Below, piece by piece: positions 47,456 through 57,586 of a stretch of DNA of 64,000 nucleotides. This stretch comes from an uncultured virus (IMG/VR IMGVR_UViG_3300047170_000110) (lineage: Duplodnaviria; Heunggongvirae; Uroviricota; Caudoviricetes): IMG/VR virus record IMGVR_UViG_3300047170_000110; one strand, 5' to 3'. Under the pieces are notes generated by a model. The model made no database searches. It had not been told where the DNA came from and saw nothing but the letters and a program-made list of their open reading frames with translations. Within the stretch, counting starts at the first letter, position 1, and each line of letters opens with the position of its first letter. Both the position numbers and the translations under genes were made by a program.

Positions 47456-48477
47456 ATGGAAGTGATGGAAGGGGGACATGAAGTGCTTTGCCATGAATGC
47501 AAACGCTCAGGTCCTTGGTCCTCTCGCATCTCTTCTCCGGGAGCCGCTACCGTCGCGTGTCTGGGGTGTTTCGAGCTGAGGCGAACACTTCGGGTCACCA
47601 CGCAGTTTCAGCGGCAGTTAGAAGAACGTCGGGTCGCCGAGCGGCTGGAGCCGCATCAACCGGAGCCCGCATGAAACCAAAAGGTGCCCATGGAACAAGG
47701 TGCATTGAAGTTGGCAGTAGCCCCACACCCCGATGAAGAAAAGCAGTCGATCAACGAAATGGCTAGGAAGATCCTAAGGGATCTGAGCATCCAGCCGAGC
47801 ATCGACCAAATTCGAAAGCTCGAATACAAACTGGGTCAGATCATGCTCCACGCGCACGTCGAAGCCACGGAGGAAGAGCGCAATCGCTGCTACGATTACA
47901 CGCTCTACTGTCGAAATCGGTTTCTCAACACCAGGCACGACATCCCTCAGGACAACGCCCTTGCGCTCGAAGTCGCCGCTGATGGAATTTTCAAAGGATC
48001 CCGAGCCCCTAAAAACGGCATCCCTCTCGGTAAGTAAGATGCCGAAGACGACGCGGGAAGTTCGCGCGAAATGGCGCGAAGTCGCTCAGAGGTTTAAGGA
48101 CAAGTTGACCTCCGAGCGCGACGCGTATGACGATATGGATCCGTTGGACGCCGAGGGGCTCCGTACGATTCAGTTTTTAGAAGGCCTTTGCGATCGGGTG
48201 GTCGTATTGGCGGACGATTTAGATTCTCTGGAGGGGAACGATGGAGACGAAAACCGGCCACTGGAGCTGCAAGGAAAAGCGCATTGAATGGCTCCAACAG
48301 AATCAGGATCTGTGGAAAGGGAAGATCGATCCCTACCGGCCTCGGGAGCATCGGAGCGAAATCGATCAGCTCGCCAAGGCGATCCAGGCCGCCGGTCTCT
48401 ATAGCCCCAAAACGGTCCTATGCGACATCAAAAGCGGTATGGTAAAGCTTCTCAAGGACGAACGATTCGTCCACTGA
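47456..48477 (+). CDS. Cluster of small hypothetical genes (47456-47674, ~47684-48037, ~48039-48287, 48241-48477)
   Basis: Co-oriented ORFs after an AT-rich TTTACA-containing intergenic region. Confidence 0.55.
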
Positions 48478-48490
48478 GAAGAGGGATCTG

Positions 48491-49258
48491 ATGCGATACG
48501 AAGGCCGCTGGTGCGACTCTCCCAAGACCGAGGTGAGTCTGAAACAAATGGCCGCACCCTACGATAACATCTTCGTCGGTTCGGATCCGTGCGACGGATT
48601 CAGCCGCGCAGATGCGGAAAGCTTCCAAGCCTTTTTGAACGTCTCGGATTCGGAATGCAATTACTTCGATCCGCTCCCCGGCCAGAGGATGCACTGGCAC
48701 CCCATCAACGAGATGGGTTACTGGGGCTACGCTCCGCTTTTTTACTGCAAAAAAGTGCTCGACTACCACTACGGGCAGAAGAACAGAATTTACCTTCACT
48801 GTCACGCGGGGGCGCACCGTTCCCCCATGATGGGCTTCTGCTGGCTTCTGTCCCGAGGGCATACGGTGAAAGACGCAGCCAGGATTCTCTGGAACGGAGA
48901 TAATCCCCGGAGTGGTCACTGGGAAGTGGGCGCATTCAAGCGCGACTTGACGATCTATCGGGTGCTGCCACGGAGGCTCATGGAATTCTATCGGCGGGTG
49001 AAAGAGAATCCGACCTATAGCCTGATGGGATACCTCTACAACCACCAGGACGGGTTCATTGAGAACACTCGCGAGGTGAAAGGCAATCTCTCGGATCAAG
49101 AAATGAAGATGCTCTGGGAAAACATGCCCAAATTCTACGAGAAGGATCCGGTAGGCGTAGATCAGGCAATGCGCGAGCTGTTCCGCAAGGGGGTCGAGCA
49201 ACTCGACATCGCTAAGCCCCTTTTCAAAATGTTCGAAGTGAGCGAGGATGGGGTCTAG
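48491..49258 (+). CDS. Cys-based protein tyrosine/dual-specificity phosphatase
   Basis: IYLHCHAGAHRS (HCxxGxxRS). Confidence 0.85.
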   Translation: MRYEGRWCDSPKTEVSLKQMAAPYDNIFVGSDPCDGFSRADAESFQAFLNVSDSECNYFDPLPGQRMHWHPINEMGYWGYAPLFYCKKVLDYHYGQKNRIYLHCHAGAHRSPMMGFCWLLSRGHTVKDAARILWNGDNPRSGHWEVGAFKRDLTIYRVLPRRLMEFYRRVKENPTYSLMGYLYNHQDGFIENTREVKGNLSDQEMKMLWENMPKFYEKDPVGVDQAMRELFRKGVEQLDIAKPLFKMFEVSEDGV

Positions 49259-49264
49259 TGGTGT

Positions 49265-49341
49265 TCATCCTTAGCTCAGTTGGTTAGAGCACGAGCCTGT
49301 TAAGCCCGGGGTCCCTGGTTCGAGTCCAGGAGGATGAGCCA
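49265..49341 (+). tRNA. tRNA-Asn(GTT)
   Basis: TCATCCT/AGGATGA acceptor stem, CTGTTAA loop, TTCGAGT T-loop, encoded CCA. Confidence 0.95.
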
Positions 49342-49342
49342 C

Positions 49343-51751
49343 TCATTTCAGATCAGAAGGGTCCATGTAGCCGGACATGACCGTCGTCCCACCCGTTCCC
49401 GGCGCCATCACGTTGGCCACGCGGCTGCGACCCGCAGGCGTGTTCTGGGAAGCGCGTGGTGCCGTATAGCGGGAGAGGCATTGAATCTCAGCCTCGTATC
49501 GGCGCATGTCGAGCATCGCTTTGGCGGAATTGAAAGAGCTGTATCGATTGAGTGAGTCGCGAGCGGAAGCTGCAATCTTTTGCGCGGACTTCGGATCCAC
49601 GGGGAGCGCCGATACTCCCATGCGGTTCAGCACGTACGCCATCACGTGGGCCTTCTCGGAACCGAGCTTGTGGTAGAGCACGTTCATGAGCGCCGACTGA
49701 TCCTTGAAGAGATCCGGGCTGTGGTCCTTCATGAGGGACGAGACGGTCTTGTTCGCTTCCGATAGGCCTAGCGGTCCACAGCGGTTATTTCGCCAGATCG
49801 CGATTTGGGAAAGCTTCGCCACAGGACTCGCACGGCCGATCTTCTCAGCCTGTTTGTAGAGGGACTGCTTGACCTCTTCTGTTTCCGGTGCTCCGCCTTC
49901 GGGTTCTCCTGTCGGGATCTCGTCGGAATTTTCCGGGACTTCGACCCGGCCTTCGTCTCCCCCCGCTTCCTCTTCCTCGCCGCCGCCTTCCGCTTCTTCG
50001 GCTTGCTGCTTGAGGAGGGCGATCTTCTGGCGGCTCTTGATGTCGGTCTGCTGGTCCTGCTCGATGTTCTTCGGGTTGAAGCCTGCGGCGGTCGCCCACT
50101 GGACGAGCGTGACCGGGTAGTCGTTTTGCTGGAGCTTCTCCAGAACGTCGAGGGCCTTCTCGTCTTGGTTCGGCTTGAGTTGCTTGGACCACTCGATCGT
50201 AGGGACCTGGAGATCTCCGACCGGCAGCTGCATGATCTGCCGCTGGGTCATCCGCGAAGCGGTGATCTGATTCATCCGAGCCCAGACGGGAATGGAGGAG
50301 TCGTACTGCGCCAGGTATTGGTAGCGTTGAAGGGTCTCTTCTGCCGTACCGAAGGGTTTCGGAGTCGGGGTCGTGCGGATACGGTGGGCCAGTTCCGCAG
50401 GCGAGCGCTTCACGAATCCGTGGATTCGGGCGATCGTCGGGAACAGGGTCTTCATGAAAAACTTGTGCGTAATCTTCGACCGAAGCGTTGCGAGAGTTTC
50501 AACAAAAACCGAACGAGCCTGCTCGGCGTTATTGTAGGTCGCATCCCCCGAGAGCAGTGCATCCGAGATGCCGATGCACTGCATTTTATACTTCGCGAAA
50601 AGCTCCAATTCGTCCGACCACTTGTAGAAGTCGGCCCCTCCGCCGACCGGTTCGGAGATGTCCACGCCCGTGCGGGTCGAGATGACGCCGCCGTTAGGGT
50701 CTTCGTTCGCTTGGATGATGAGACCCGCAATCGCGTCCATTTCGTCGATGCTCGGTTCCCAAACCCCGTCGATCCCGGCTTTGACCTGGATGAAGGAGCG
50801 GGCGCGGCGGCGGGTGGAAGCGAGTTGGGCGTTCAGGAGCGCTTTTTCGATCGCCCAGAAGTAAAGCGTCCGTGTCAGAAGGGACGTGCCGATGGAATCG
50901 TTGGGTGCGGCTTTTCGTGCGAGGTAAATGGTTGAGATCGGATCGAGCGGCAAGAAGCCCTGTTGCTTGCTGGCGGCCTCCAAGAATGCCGGAGGCAGGG
51001 AACGGCGGGCGTCCATGTCGCGCGGATCCGTGCTGCTGAGGAACTTTTTGAATCCGGCCGAGAGGGTGAAGTCGCACTTGGGGTCGAAACCGTACACCGG
51101 CAGCGGCGTGATCTTGATGAAGTCAGGATCGTGCGGGACGACGCCCGAGAAGATTCCGCGTCGCTGGTCGTAGATGAGGGAGGAGATATTTTTCCCGAGC
51201 ACCAAAAATTCGTAGGTGAGATCGGGCATGAGGAGTTGGACGTTCAAAGCGTCCATGCACTCCTGGTAGACTTTGAGGATCTCGTTGTCCTCGATTCCAG
51301 CGAGCGAGAAATCGGACCAAGGCAAGCCTCGGATGATGTCGATCCCTGGACCGATGGTGGGGTCGCGCAGGTAAATGCGGCGGTAAAGCAGGTCCAGTCC
51401 GGCCGCGTCCCGGGGGATCCAGTCTTCGAGGATCGAACCCTCTTCGAGCTGGTCATAGACCGGGTTGTAGTGGTCGATGTTGTAGCCGCCCGGCCCGCGT
51501 CCGCCGAAACCTGCGCCACCCCCGCCACCCCCGGGGCCGCCTGCGCCCATACCTCCGCCCGGTCCCCCCGCGTAGCCGCCTCCGCCTCCGAAGTTGGAGA
51601 CGATGCGCGAGCGGGTTTTTTTAGCCGACTCGGCGGAAGCGGCGAAACTGGCCGAACGGGAGCCGGTCACGACGTTGAGTGGATCCGCGTCGGGAGTTCT
51701 GAATTTATCGTACGGACCGTTGAGGGTCGCGTATTTGCCAAACTTGAACAT
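49343..51751 (-). CDS. Portal protein
   Basis: YRRIYLRDPTIGPGID, GTSLL.R, LLSGDATYNNA; downstream of the terminase. Confidence 0.8.
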   Translation of the reverse strand: MFKFGKYATLNGPYDKFRTPDADPLNVVTGSRSASFAASAESAKKTRSRIVSNFGGGGGYAGGPGGGMGAGGPGGGGGGAGFGGRGPGGYNIDHYNPVYDQLEEGSILEDWIPRDAAGLDLLYRRIYLRDPTIGPGIDIIRGLPWSDFSLAGIEDNEILKVYQECMDALNVQLLMPDLTYEFLVLGKNISSLIYDQRRGIFSGVVPHDPDFIKITPLPVYGFDPKCDFTLSAGFKKFLSSTDPRDMDARRSLPPAFLEAASKQQGFLPLDPISTIYLARKAAPNDSIGTSLLTRTLYFWAIEKALLNAQLASTRRRARSFIQVKAGIDGVWEPSIDEMDAIAGLIIQANEDPNGGVISTRTGVDISEPVGGGADFYKWSDELELFAKYKMQCIGISDALLSGDATYNNAEQARSVFVETLATLRSKITHKFFMKTLFPTIARIHGFVKRSPAELAHRIRTTPTPKPFGTAEETLQRYQYLAQYDSSIPVWARMNQITASRMTQRQIMQLPVGDLQVPTIEWSKQLKPNQDEKALDVLEKLQQNDYPVTLVQWATAAGFNPKNIEQDQQTDIKSRQKIALLKQQAEEAEGGGEEEEAGGDEGRVEVPENSDEIPTGEPEGGAPETEEVKQSLYKQAEKIGRASPVAKLSQIAIWRNNRCGPLGLSEANKTVSSLMKDHSPDLFKDQSALMNVLYHKLGSEKAHVMAYVLNRMGVSALPVDPKSAQKIAASARDSLNRYSSFNSAKAMLDMRRYEAEIQCLSRYTAPRASQNTPAGRSRVANVMAPGTGGTTVMSGYMDPSDLK

Positions 51752-52095
51752 TACTCTCTCCCAGATTCGACCGGCAGTGGCTCAGTGACGTTGTGGCTCG
51801 GGCAAAAATGAGCAGGGCGACCTTCCAGGAGTTTTACTATTTCCATCGCGCTTTTGCAGATCGGGCACTTCTTCTGCTGCTGTTGGGAGCGTACCTGTTC
51901 GACTAAGGGGGAAGCGGCTTGTGGGGCGGCGTTGATCCGCGAAAGGGCTCGCCGGGCGCGCTCATCGAGCGAACCCTGGGTCGTGCTCGCAAGCGCCAGG
52001 TTGTAGGAGATTTCCTTCAAGATTTTGGGATCTTGATCCTTGTGGGTGCCCGCTAGAATGCAGTAGATCTCGTCTTTAGAGAGGGACTTACTCAT
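51751..52095 (-). CDS. Zn-ribbon protein
   Basis: CPICKSAM...FCPSHN; class-L-like motif. Confidence 0.7.
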   Translation of the reverse strand: MSKSLSKDEIYCILAGTHKDQDPKILKEISYNLALASTTQGSLDERARRALSRINAAPQAASPLVEQVRSQQQQKKCPICKSAMEIVKLLEGRPAHFCPSHNVTEPLPVESGRE

Positions 52096-52109
52096 ACTTG
52101 AGAATAAAC

Positions 52110-54128
52110 CTACTTCCTTCCGAACCCCCGGTACTTGGCGACTCCGGGGACAACCGCTCCGGCACTCGGGCGGGGATTGTTTCGACCTTGGGTCATGGAG
52201 TTGAAACCGGCCACGAACCCGCCTTGGCCCATCGACTGACGCACACCCCCGTACAGGGCGTATTGCTTCTGGATCTCCTCGTTCAGGAAACGGGAGCCGC
52301 CGAGCATGAATGCGCGGAACAGGTCATCGTCCCCGACGAGAGGTTTGAGGACTTTCCGCCCGGCCTGGCGGACGGTCAGGGTCTGCCAGATGAGGCTCGC
52401 CACCGGTTTGTCCCGCGCCATGACTAGCGGATTGGGCGCGTCCTTCACGTCGGTCATGGCCACCTCGCAGGGAGGCAGGACCATGTTTCCGGAGAGCAGC
52501 ATCTGTTTGAACGGGAGGATGTCTTTTTCGAACGAAAGGCTATGGGCAATCGCCTCGATCTTCATGTCCCGGAGGCGCTGGATCTGATCGAGAGATTGCC
52601 AGCGGTCGTATACGACGTGCCGGATCCGGAAGGCCTTCACGATCGGCAAGATGAAGTGCTCGAACATGGACGGGAAATGGATGCTCAACCCCGCCGCAGG
52701 TTCCGGGTACAGGTTGAAGAGAGCCCGGACGACGGGCTTTTTCTGGGAGCCATCGAACCCGAAGAGCGCGGCGCCAAAAGCGTTCTGGTTGTAGCCGTTG
52801 TCGAGGGATAAAAGCAGGGGCAAGTTTTTATCGACTTTGACCGGCTTGGCTTTCAAGTAGAGGTACTGGTCCCCCATCTGGTCGGTGTGGACTTCTTTGG
52901 TGGCCATCAGGATCGGATGATGGTGCTCGGCGGGTTGGCAAAGCTTCTCCATCACGCGGGCATCCCCGATGAAGGGAGAATCGGAGAAGGGAGGAACGGC
53001 CCCGAAGTCGCGTTCGAATTCGACCTGGGACAGGGACGGGTTGATCGCCCGGCAAGTCCTTTCGCTGAAGTCCGGGTTCGATTCCCAAGTGCTTCGATGG
53101 ATGGCGACCGCGAACGGATTCTCGGGTGCAGTCTTCGTCAAGCGCATGATCTTGTCTTGCACGTTGTAGGGCGAAGATGCGTTGTACATGATCGCCATCG
53201 GGACGTTGTTTTCCCCGGCCAAGAGCTTGTTGATCGCCTTCTGGCGGATCGTCGCGAGCGAATTGGTCAGCGCGGAATAGTTCTTATCCGCGTCCATGAC
53301 CTTCTTTTTGGAGGTACCCTCTTCGGAGTTCAAGAAGGCGATTTCGTCGATCGCGCCGAACAGGCGGGTGCGGCCTTTTTTCTTACGGTCGTCGGAGCCG
53401 GTGAACGAAAGCTGAAGTCGCTTGTGCGTGTACAGGATGAAGCTGTCCTTCACCGTGCAGAGGGGGATGGAGAGGCGCTTGGATTCGTTCTTCAGGAACT
53501 CGTGGTACTTCTTGAACCAGGGTGCGTTGTCCACGAGCCCCGTGAAGGGCATCCAGAGGTTCTCTTCAGCCTGCTCGGCGGAAAGCGCCGAGAAAGTCCC
53601 GAGTACGATCTCCATCTTCGGCAGGTTGTAGAAGTTGACCGGATCGGGAAGGATCAGCCACTGATGGGTCTGGTAGGAGCTGGCGCAGGCGACGAGCTTC
53701 GATTTTCCGGAACGCTGACCCAAGTTTCCGATGAATTCGTTTTTGATGGAAGGCTTGCTCGGGTGGATTTCTCCCGGAGTGAAGAGTTCCATCCGGCGCA
53801 TCCGGCATTTGGGGCAGATCCCGTACTCCAGGAACTGGACGTGGTCTTTGATCTCCTGCAAGCTTTCGTTAAAAAGCTCGTTGAGGTACTCGGGGTCCGA
53901 GCAGCGCGGGCAGTAATCCGAAAACAGGTGCATGCCCGCTTCGACCTGCCAGGGCAGCAGGGTGGCGTCGCAGAAGTTCCGATCCGTGATCCACTCGATG
54001 AAGTTCGGCGCCTTCGGGATGTCGCGCTCGTCGATCTCGGCAAAGCGCGTGAGATCGAACCCGCTCTGAACCACCTGCCTGAGAATGTCGTCCGGATTAA
54101 ACCGGACCTGTTTAGATTTGGTAGCCAT
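52110..54128 (-). CDS. terL: Terminase large subunit
   Basis: GQRSGKS Walker A, GAIDE Walker B, NASSP, TWESNP, FERDFGA, LD, YDRWQS, DDLF nuclease Asp residues. Confidence 0.9.
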   Translation of the reverse strand: MATKSKQVRFNPDDILRQVVQSGFDLTRFAEIDERDIPKAPNFIEWITDRNFCDATLLPWQVEAGMHLFSDYCPRCSDPEYLNELFNESLQEIKDHVQFLEYGICPKCRMRRMELFTPGEIHPSKPSIKNEFIGNLGQRSGKSKLVACASSYQTHQWLILPDPVNFYNLPKMEIVLGTFSALSAEQAEENLWMPFTGLVDNAPWFKKYHEFLKNESKRLSIPLCTVKDSFILYTHKRLQLSFTGSDDRKKKGRTRLFGAIDEIAFLNSEEGTSKKKVMDADKNYSALTNSLATIRQKAINKLLAGENNVPMAIMYNASSPYNVQDKIMRLTKTAPENPFAVAIHRSTWESNPDFSERTCRAINPSLSQVEFERDFGAVPPFSDSPFIGDARVMEKLCQPAEHHHPILMATKEVHTDQMGDQYLYLKAKPVKVDKNLPLLLSLDNGYNQNAFGAALFGFDGSQKKPVVRALFNLYPEPAAGLSIHFPSMFEHFILPIVKAFRIRHVVYDRWQSLDQIQRLRDMKIEAIAHSLSFEKDILPFKQMLLSGNMVLPPCEVAMTDVKDAPNPLVMARDKPVASLIWQTLTVRQAGRKVLKPLVGDDDLFRAFMLGGSRFLNEEIQKQYALYGGVRQSMGQGGFVAGFNSMTQGRNNPRPSAGAVVPGVAKYRGFGRK

Positions 54129-54134
54129 GCATTC

Positions 54135-54359
54135 TCACTGGTAGTAGGGCGAGGGGCTTGGGGCTTCCCGGAGGAAATAGTTGGGGAGCACGTCGCGCGA
54201 GAGGGTGATGACCTTCTCGTTTTCGAGGTTCGCGATCTCGGCCGGGTGGTTGATCGACTCGATCCGGAAACCCACCTGGACGTAGTGGATGAGGAAGCCG
54301 CGTGCGAAGTGGTGATCCCCGAGCCTGGCTAGAAACTCGGGGTACGTGAGCTGCATCAT
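54135..54359 (-). CDS. Hypothetical protein
   Basis: Coupled in the terminase operon. Confidence 0.55.
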   Translation of the reverse strand: MMQLTYPEFLARLGDHHFARGFLIHYVQVGFRIESINHPAEIANLENEKVITLSRDVLPNYFLREAPSPSPYYQ

Positions 54360-55165
54360 GGCTCGCGCGGGGCCTCTTCGTCTTTGACCTCTTTCAGGTC
54401 GAAAACCTTCAGGAGCCGCGTCTGCGCGATCTCCAGCACTTCGTTAAGCGAGGGTCCGATCCGAAGGGTCGCGGCCTGAATGGTCTTCATCATGAGCGCC
54501 TGACGCTCCACCGGTACGACCTTCTCGGTCTCCGTCATCAGCCACTTCATTTCCGTGCCGACCGTGTAGATCATGTGCTCGACCATCTTGGTCAGGATGT
54601 CCTTGTCGATCTTCCGGTAGAGCTTAGCCGGGTCCTGGGATTTCTCGACATCTTTGGTCAACTTCATGACCTGCTCGGAGAGCGAGCTGACGGCGAAGGC
54701 CGCATCGGGGGAGGGCATGGACTCGTGGGATTGAACGGCGCGCTCCAGGGATTCGAGGATGGCCGCCAGGTTGAGCTTCTTGATCTCGAACGTGTTGACG
54801 TGCGAGGACTCGCGCAGCTGGGTGGGCACGTCGTTGAACTTCTGGAAGAGGCTCGCCATGTTCGCGGGAGGCGGGGGCGCGCTCAGGTAGACGATGGGCG
54901 CCTGAGGGGCCTGGGGCGGCTCTGTAGGGATCTCGGGCGGCGGGAGGGGCTCGGCGGAGGCCAGCTCGGCCGAGGCCGCCTGGAGGACGCCATCGATCTT
55001 CTCCAGCAGCTCTTCATTGGGTACCAGTGGGTTTCCAGTGGGTTTCGGGTCGTTCCCAGCGGGTTCCCGGGGGGTTCCCGGTGCGACGACCGCTTTCGCT
55101 TCTTTCAGCGCGGCGCGGGCGGCGGCTAAGATGCTGTCCCCTTGGGGAGAATTGGGATGACTCAT
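54356..55165 (-). CDS. Helical protein, candidate terminase small subunit
   Basis: Position upstream of terL and a class-L motif (55175-55187); function inferred from context only. Confidence 0.45.
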   Translation of the reverse strand: MSHPNSPQGDSILAAARAALKEAKAVVAPGTPREPAGNDPKPTGNPLVPNEELLEKIDGVLQAASAELASAEPLPPPEIPTEPPQAPQAPIVYLSAPPPPANMASLFQKFNDVPTQLRESSHVNTFEIKKLNLAAILESLERAVQSHESMPSPDAAFAVSSLSEQVMKLTKDVEKSQDPAKLYRKIDKDILTKMVEHMIYTVGTEMKWLMTETEKVVPVERQALMMKTIQAATLRIGPSLNEVLEIAQTRLLKVFDLKEVKDEEAPREP

Positions 55166-56478
55166 ACGCTCCCCTTAAAAATAACGCAGAGACCGTGCTT
55201 GGCAGCTTTCTGCCGGATCGATTCCCTCAGGATCTCCTGCTTCTTCAAATTCGGGTCGGAGATCAGATCGAAGCAGCCGGAGATCAGGCTGAAGATCATC
55301 CGCTCCTCGTCATCCATCTGATGGATGACTTTTTCGATCAGGTGATACTCGTTTCGCAGCTCGAAGTATTCCTGGTGATCGTTGGTCGATTGGATCGACT
55401 CGATGTTCCATTTGCTGTCGGAGTCCTGGTCGTGTTCGTTGTGGGTCGGGGCGTTCAGGCTGAGGACTTGGACGAGCTTGGCGTTCTCGTAAACTTTTTG
55501 GACCTTCTCGACGGCCATTTTGGCTTCGCGGGCGATGTCCTCCGCCTTGGCGGGTTGCTGGGTGGTTTGCTCGATCCCAAGCCGGATCTTTTCGAGCTTC
55601 TGGTAGACGTGCCAGTTGGCGACGGGGAGCTTAATCAAATTCACCTCGCTCTTGAGGTGAAGTAGGATCGACTGGCGGATCCAGCTTTTGGCAACGACCG
55701 AGAAAGCGGCGAACCGGGTGGGCGTGTAGCACTTCACCGCGCGCACCAGACCGAAAATGCCGTTCTGGAAGTTGTCGAGCGTCTGCGCGTCGTTCCCGGG
55801 AGAAGCGGAACCTTTCGCCAGCGTGTAGACCATTCGGAAGTAGGGGGCGATCAGCGCCTCACGGAGTTCCACGTAGCGCTTCCAGACCGCTTGGGTTTGG
55901 ATCACTTGGGTGGCGAGTGCTTGCGAGTCGTAGAAACCCAGTTCGTTTTCGATCCGGCGGACCTTGCGTTCCAACTCCAAATAGCGAGGGGAGTTCATTC
56001 GAGCGGCTTTATGCATGTCTTCCAGGAGCTGGCCGTAACCTTGGGTGAGTTCCAAAAATAGCTCGATCGCTTCTTCGAACACCCCGCGTAGGAAGCCCGC
56101 TTGCTTAGTGAGCTGGCAGAAGCGCTTCGGATTGTCCCGAAGGCGGAGGAGCGCGAAGCTGTCGATCAGGACGCGTTTCTCGGAATTCTGGAGGAGCTTT
56201 TTTTTCTTCGGATCCCCGCCGTCGTCTTCGTGATCTTCTTTATTGTAATAGTTTTTGCCCTGGGTGTTTCCGGAGGCGATCCGGAACATCACTTCCTGGA
56301 AGTAATCGCGGAGCCTCGGGAACTGCTCGGTGAGTGCCAGAGCGTGCGGGTAGAGGTGCGCGTCCAGCTCGTCGAACTTCGCGATGATCTTGTCCTGAGG
56401 AAGCAGCGGGATCTTGAAGATCCGCTCTCGCAGGGCCTTCGCGATGGGGAACTCGGAGGTTTCTGGGCCTGTGTTCAT
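55162..56478 (-). CDS. Sigma-70-family RNA polymerase sigma factor
   Basis: DNFQNGIFGLVRAV..Y.P.RF..FSVVAKSWIRQSI (region 2), LIKLPV, SLNAP (region 3); degenerate region 4. Confidence 0.88.
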   Translation of the reverse strand: MNTGPETSEFPIAKALRERIFKIPLLPQDKIIAKFDELDAHLYPHALALTEQFPRLRDYFQEVMFRIASGNTQGKNYYNKEDHEDDGGDPKKKKLLQNSEKRVLIDSFALLRLRDNPKRFCQLTKQAGFLRGVFEEAIELFLELTQGYGQLLEDMHKAARMNSPRYLELERKVRRIENELGFYDSQALATQVIQTQAVWKRYVELREALIAPYFRMVYTLAKGSASPGNDAQTLDNFQNGIFGLVRAVKCYTPTRFAAFSVVAKSWIRQSILLHLKSEVNLIKLPVANWHVYQKLEKIRLGIEQTTQQPAKAEDIAREAKMAVEKVQKVYENAKLVQVLSLNAPTHNEHDQDSDSKWNIESIQSTNDHQEYFELRNEYHLIEKVIHQMDDEERMIFSLISGCFDLISDPNLKKQEILRESIRQKAAKHGLCVIFKGSV

Positions 56479-56510
56479 TCCCAGACGTTTTACTAATTAG
56501 GGCAAGGGTT

Positions 56511-56586
56511 TGGTGTTTCCGATCGGATTCGAACCGACGTTCTCCACGTGAAAGGCGGATGTCCTGGGCCGCTAGACGACGGAAAC
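56511..56586 (-). tRNA. tRNA-Glu(TTC)
   Basis: GTTTCCG/CGGAAAC acceptor stem, CTTTCAC loop, TTCGAAT, CCA. Confidence 0.95.
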
Positions 56587-56673
56587 GCGCACAAACCTAA
56601 GCGAGGGTGAGCTTCACTCTCGGGCGGCAGCAGCGATCTGGAAATTTCCGTGGCGGGTCATGGAAGGATCAGA

Positions 56674-57018
56674 TTACGGGAGTTCAGGAGCTTTGGCAAT
56701 CTTGACCAGACGTAATTTTCTACGTGGTGATTTTGCGGGGATAATTTCATTGATATAGTGGACGAAGGTCTGGGCGGGGTCGAGGATGGTCATCTGGTGG
56801 ACGGTCCCGACGGGCGCCTCGATCAGGACGGTCGCCCCATGGAGAAGCAGCTGGAGGGCGATCATGTTCGCTTCCGCCCGGATGCGGTCGGAGAACCGGT
56901 CTACTTCCGAATCGATCTGCTTTCGGAATTCAGGATCCGAATGATAGCGGGCTAGGGCCGCCTTCACCAGCTTATCGTCGAAGAACTTCAGCTCCACCCG
57001 CTTCTTACCCGTAGCCAT
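56674..57018 (-). CDS. Hypothetical protein
   Basis: Class-M motif ATTGGTAAAA 7 nt upstream. Confidence 0.7.
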   Translation of the reverse strand: MATGKKRVELKFFDDKLVKAALARYHSDPEFRKQIDSEVDRFSDRIRAEANMIALQLLLHGATVLIEAPVGTVHQMTILDPAQTFVHYINEIIPAKSPRRKLRLVKIAKAPELP

Positions 57019-57025
57019 GATCTAT

Positions 57026-57054
57026 TTTTACCAATTCGTGGGGTTATTTTTAAA
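57026..57054. promoter_or_regulatory. Divergent class-M (-) and class-L (+) motifs
   Basis: TTTTACCAAT and GGGTTATTTTTAAA, 5 nt apart. Confidence 0.65.
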
Positions 57055-57059
57055 GCACG

Positions 57060-57554
57060 ATGCTGACCGTAAAAGAACTCATTAGTCAGAGTAAATCGCA
57101 TAGACCAGTTTTAGTCTCAAACGCCTCGATCGTTTCGATCAGCTTCAAGCCGACCAATGTAGGTAAGGACGCGCTCGGGTACTACCGGTCGATCAAAGGT
57201 TCCGCGCTGACCAATCAAAAGGGCAAGAAGACGAAGACGTTCGAGATCCGGCTCTACTGGGGCGGCAGGGGTACCTCCCAGTATATACCGGCCGCGCTCC
57301 GCCAGAAGGGCAAGCCCTACGTGGGTCCGGAAAATCCTCCGCCCTTCACGCTCATGACGAAGGCTTGGGTGAGCTGCTCGTGCGAATATTTCCTCTACAA
57401 CTGCGAAGTCGCCGACGCGGAAGAGGACTCAAGTTCTATTAAATATTCCAACGGGAAGGGTTATTCGCCGACGGGGCCAAACCCCCATCATATCCCGCAC
57501 ATCTGCAAACATTTGATCGGAGCGCTCCGTAAGGGAGCCCTCGTAAAGAAGTGA
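57060..57554 (+). CDS. SWIM-type Zn-finger protein
   Basis: VSCSCEYF...ICKHL. Confidence 0.75.
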   Translation: MLTVKELISQSKSHRPVLVSNASIVSISFKPTNVGKDALGYYRSIKGSALTNQKGKKTKTFEIRLYWGGRGTSQYIPAALRQKGKPYVGPENPPPFTLMTKAWVSCSCEYFLYNCEVADAEEDSSSIKYSNGKGYSPTGPNPHHIPHICKHLIGALRKGALVKK

Positions 57555-57586
57555 AAACTTACACTAACTTCTAGTGGGCATCCGCA

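Noticed and set aside
56602..56622. Hairpin CGAGGGTGA-GCT-TCACTCTCG sharing 9 nt with the extra arm of the tRNA-like RNA
   Set aside because: The match is too short to support a relationship
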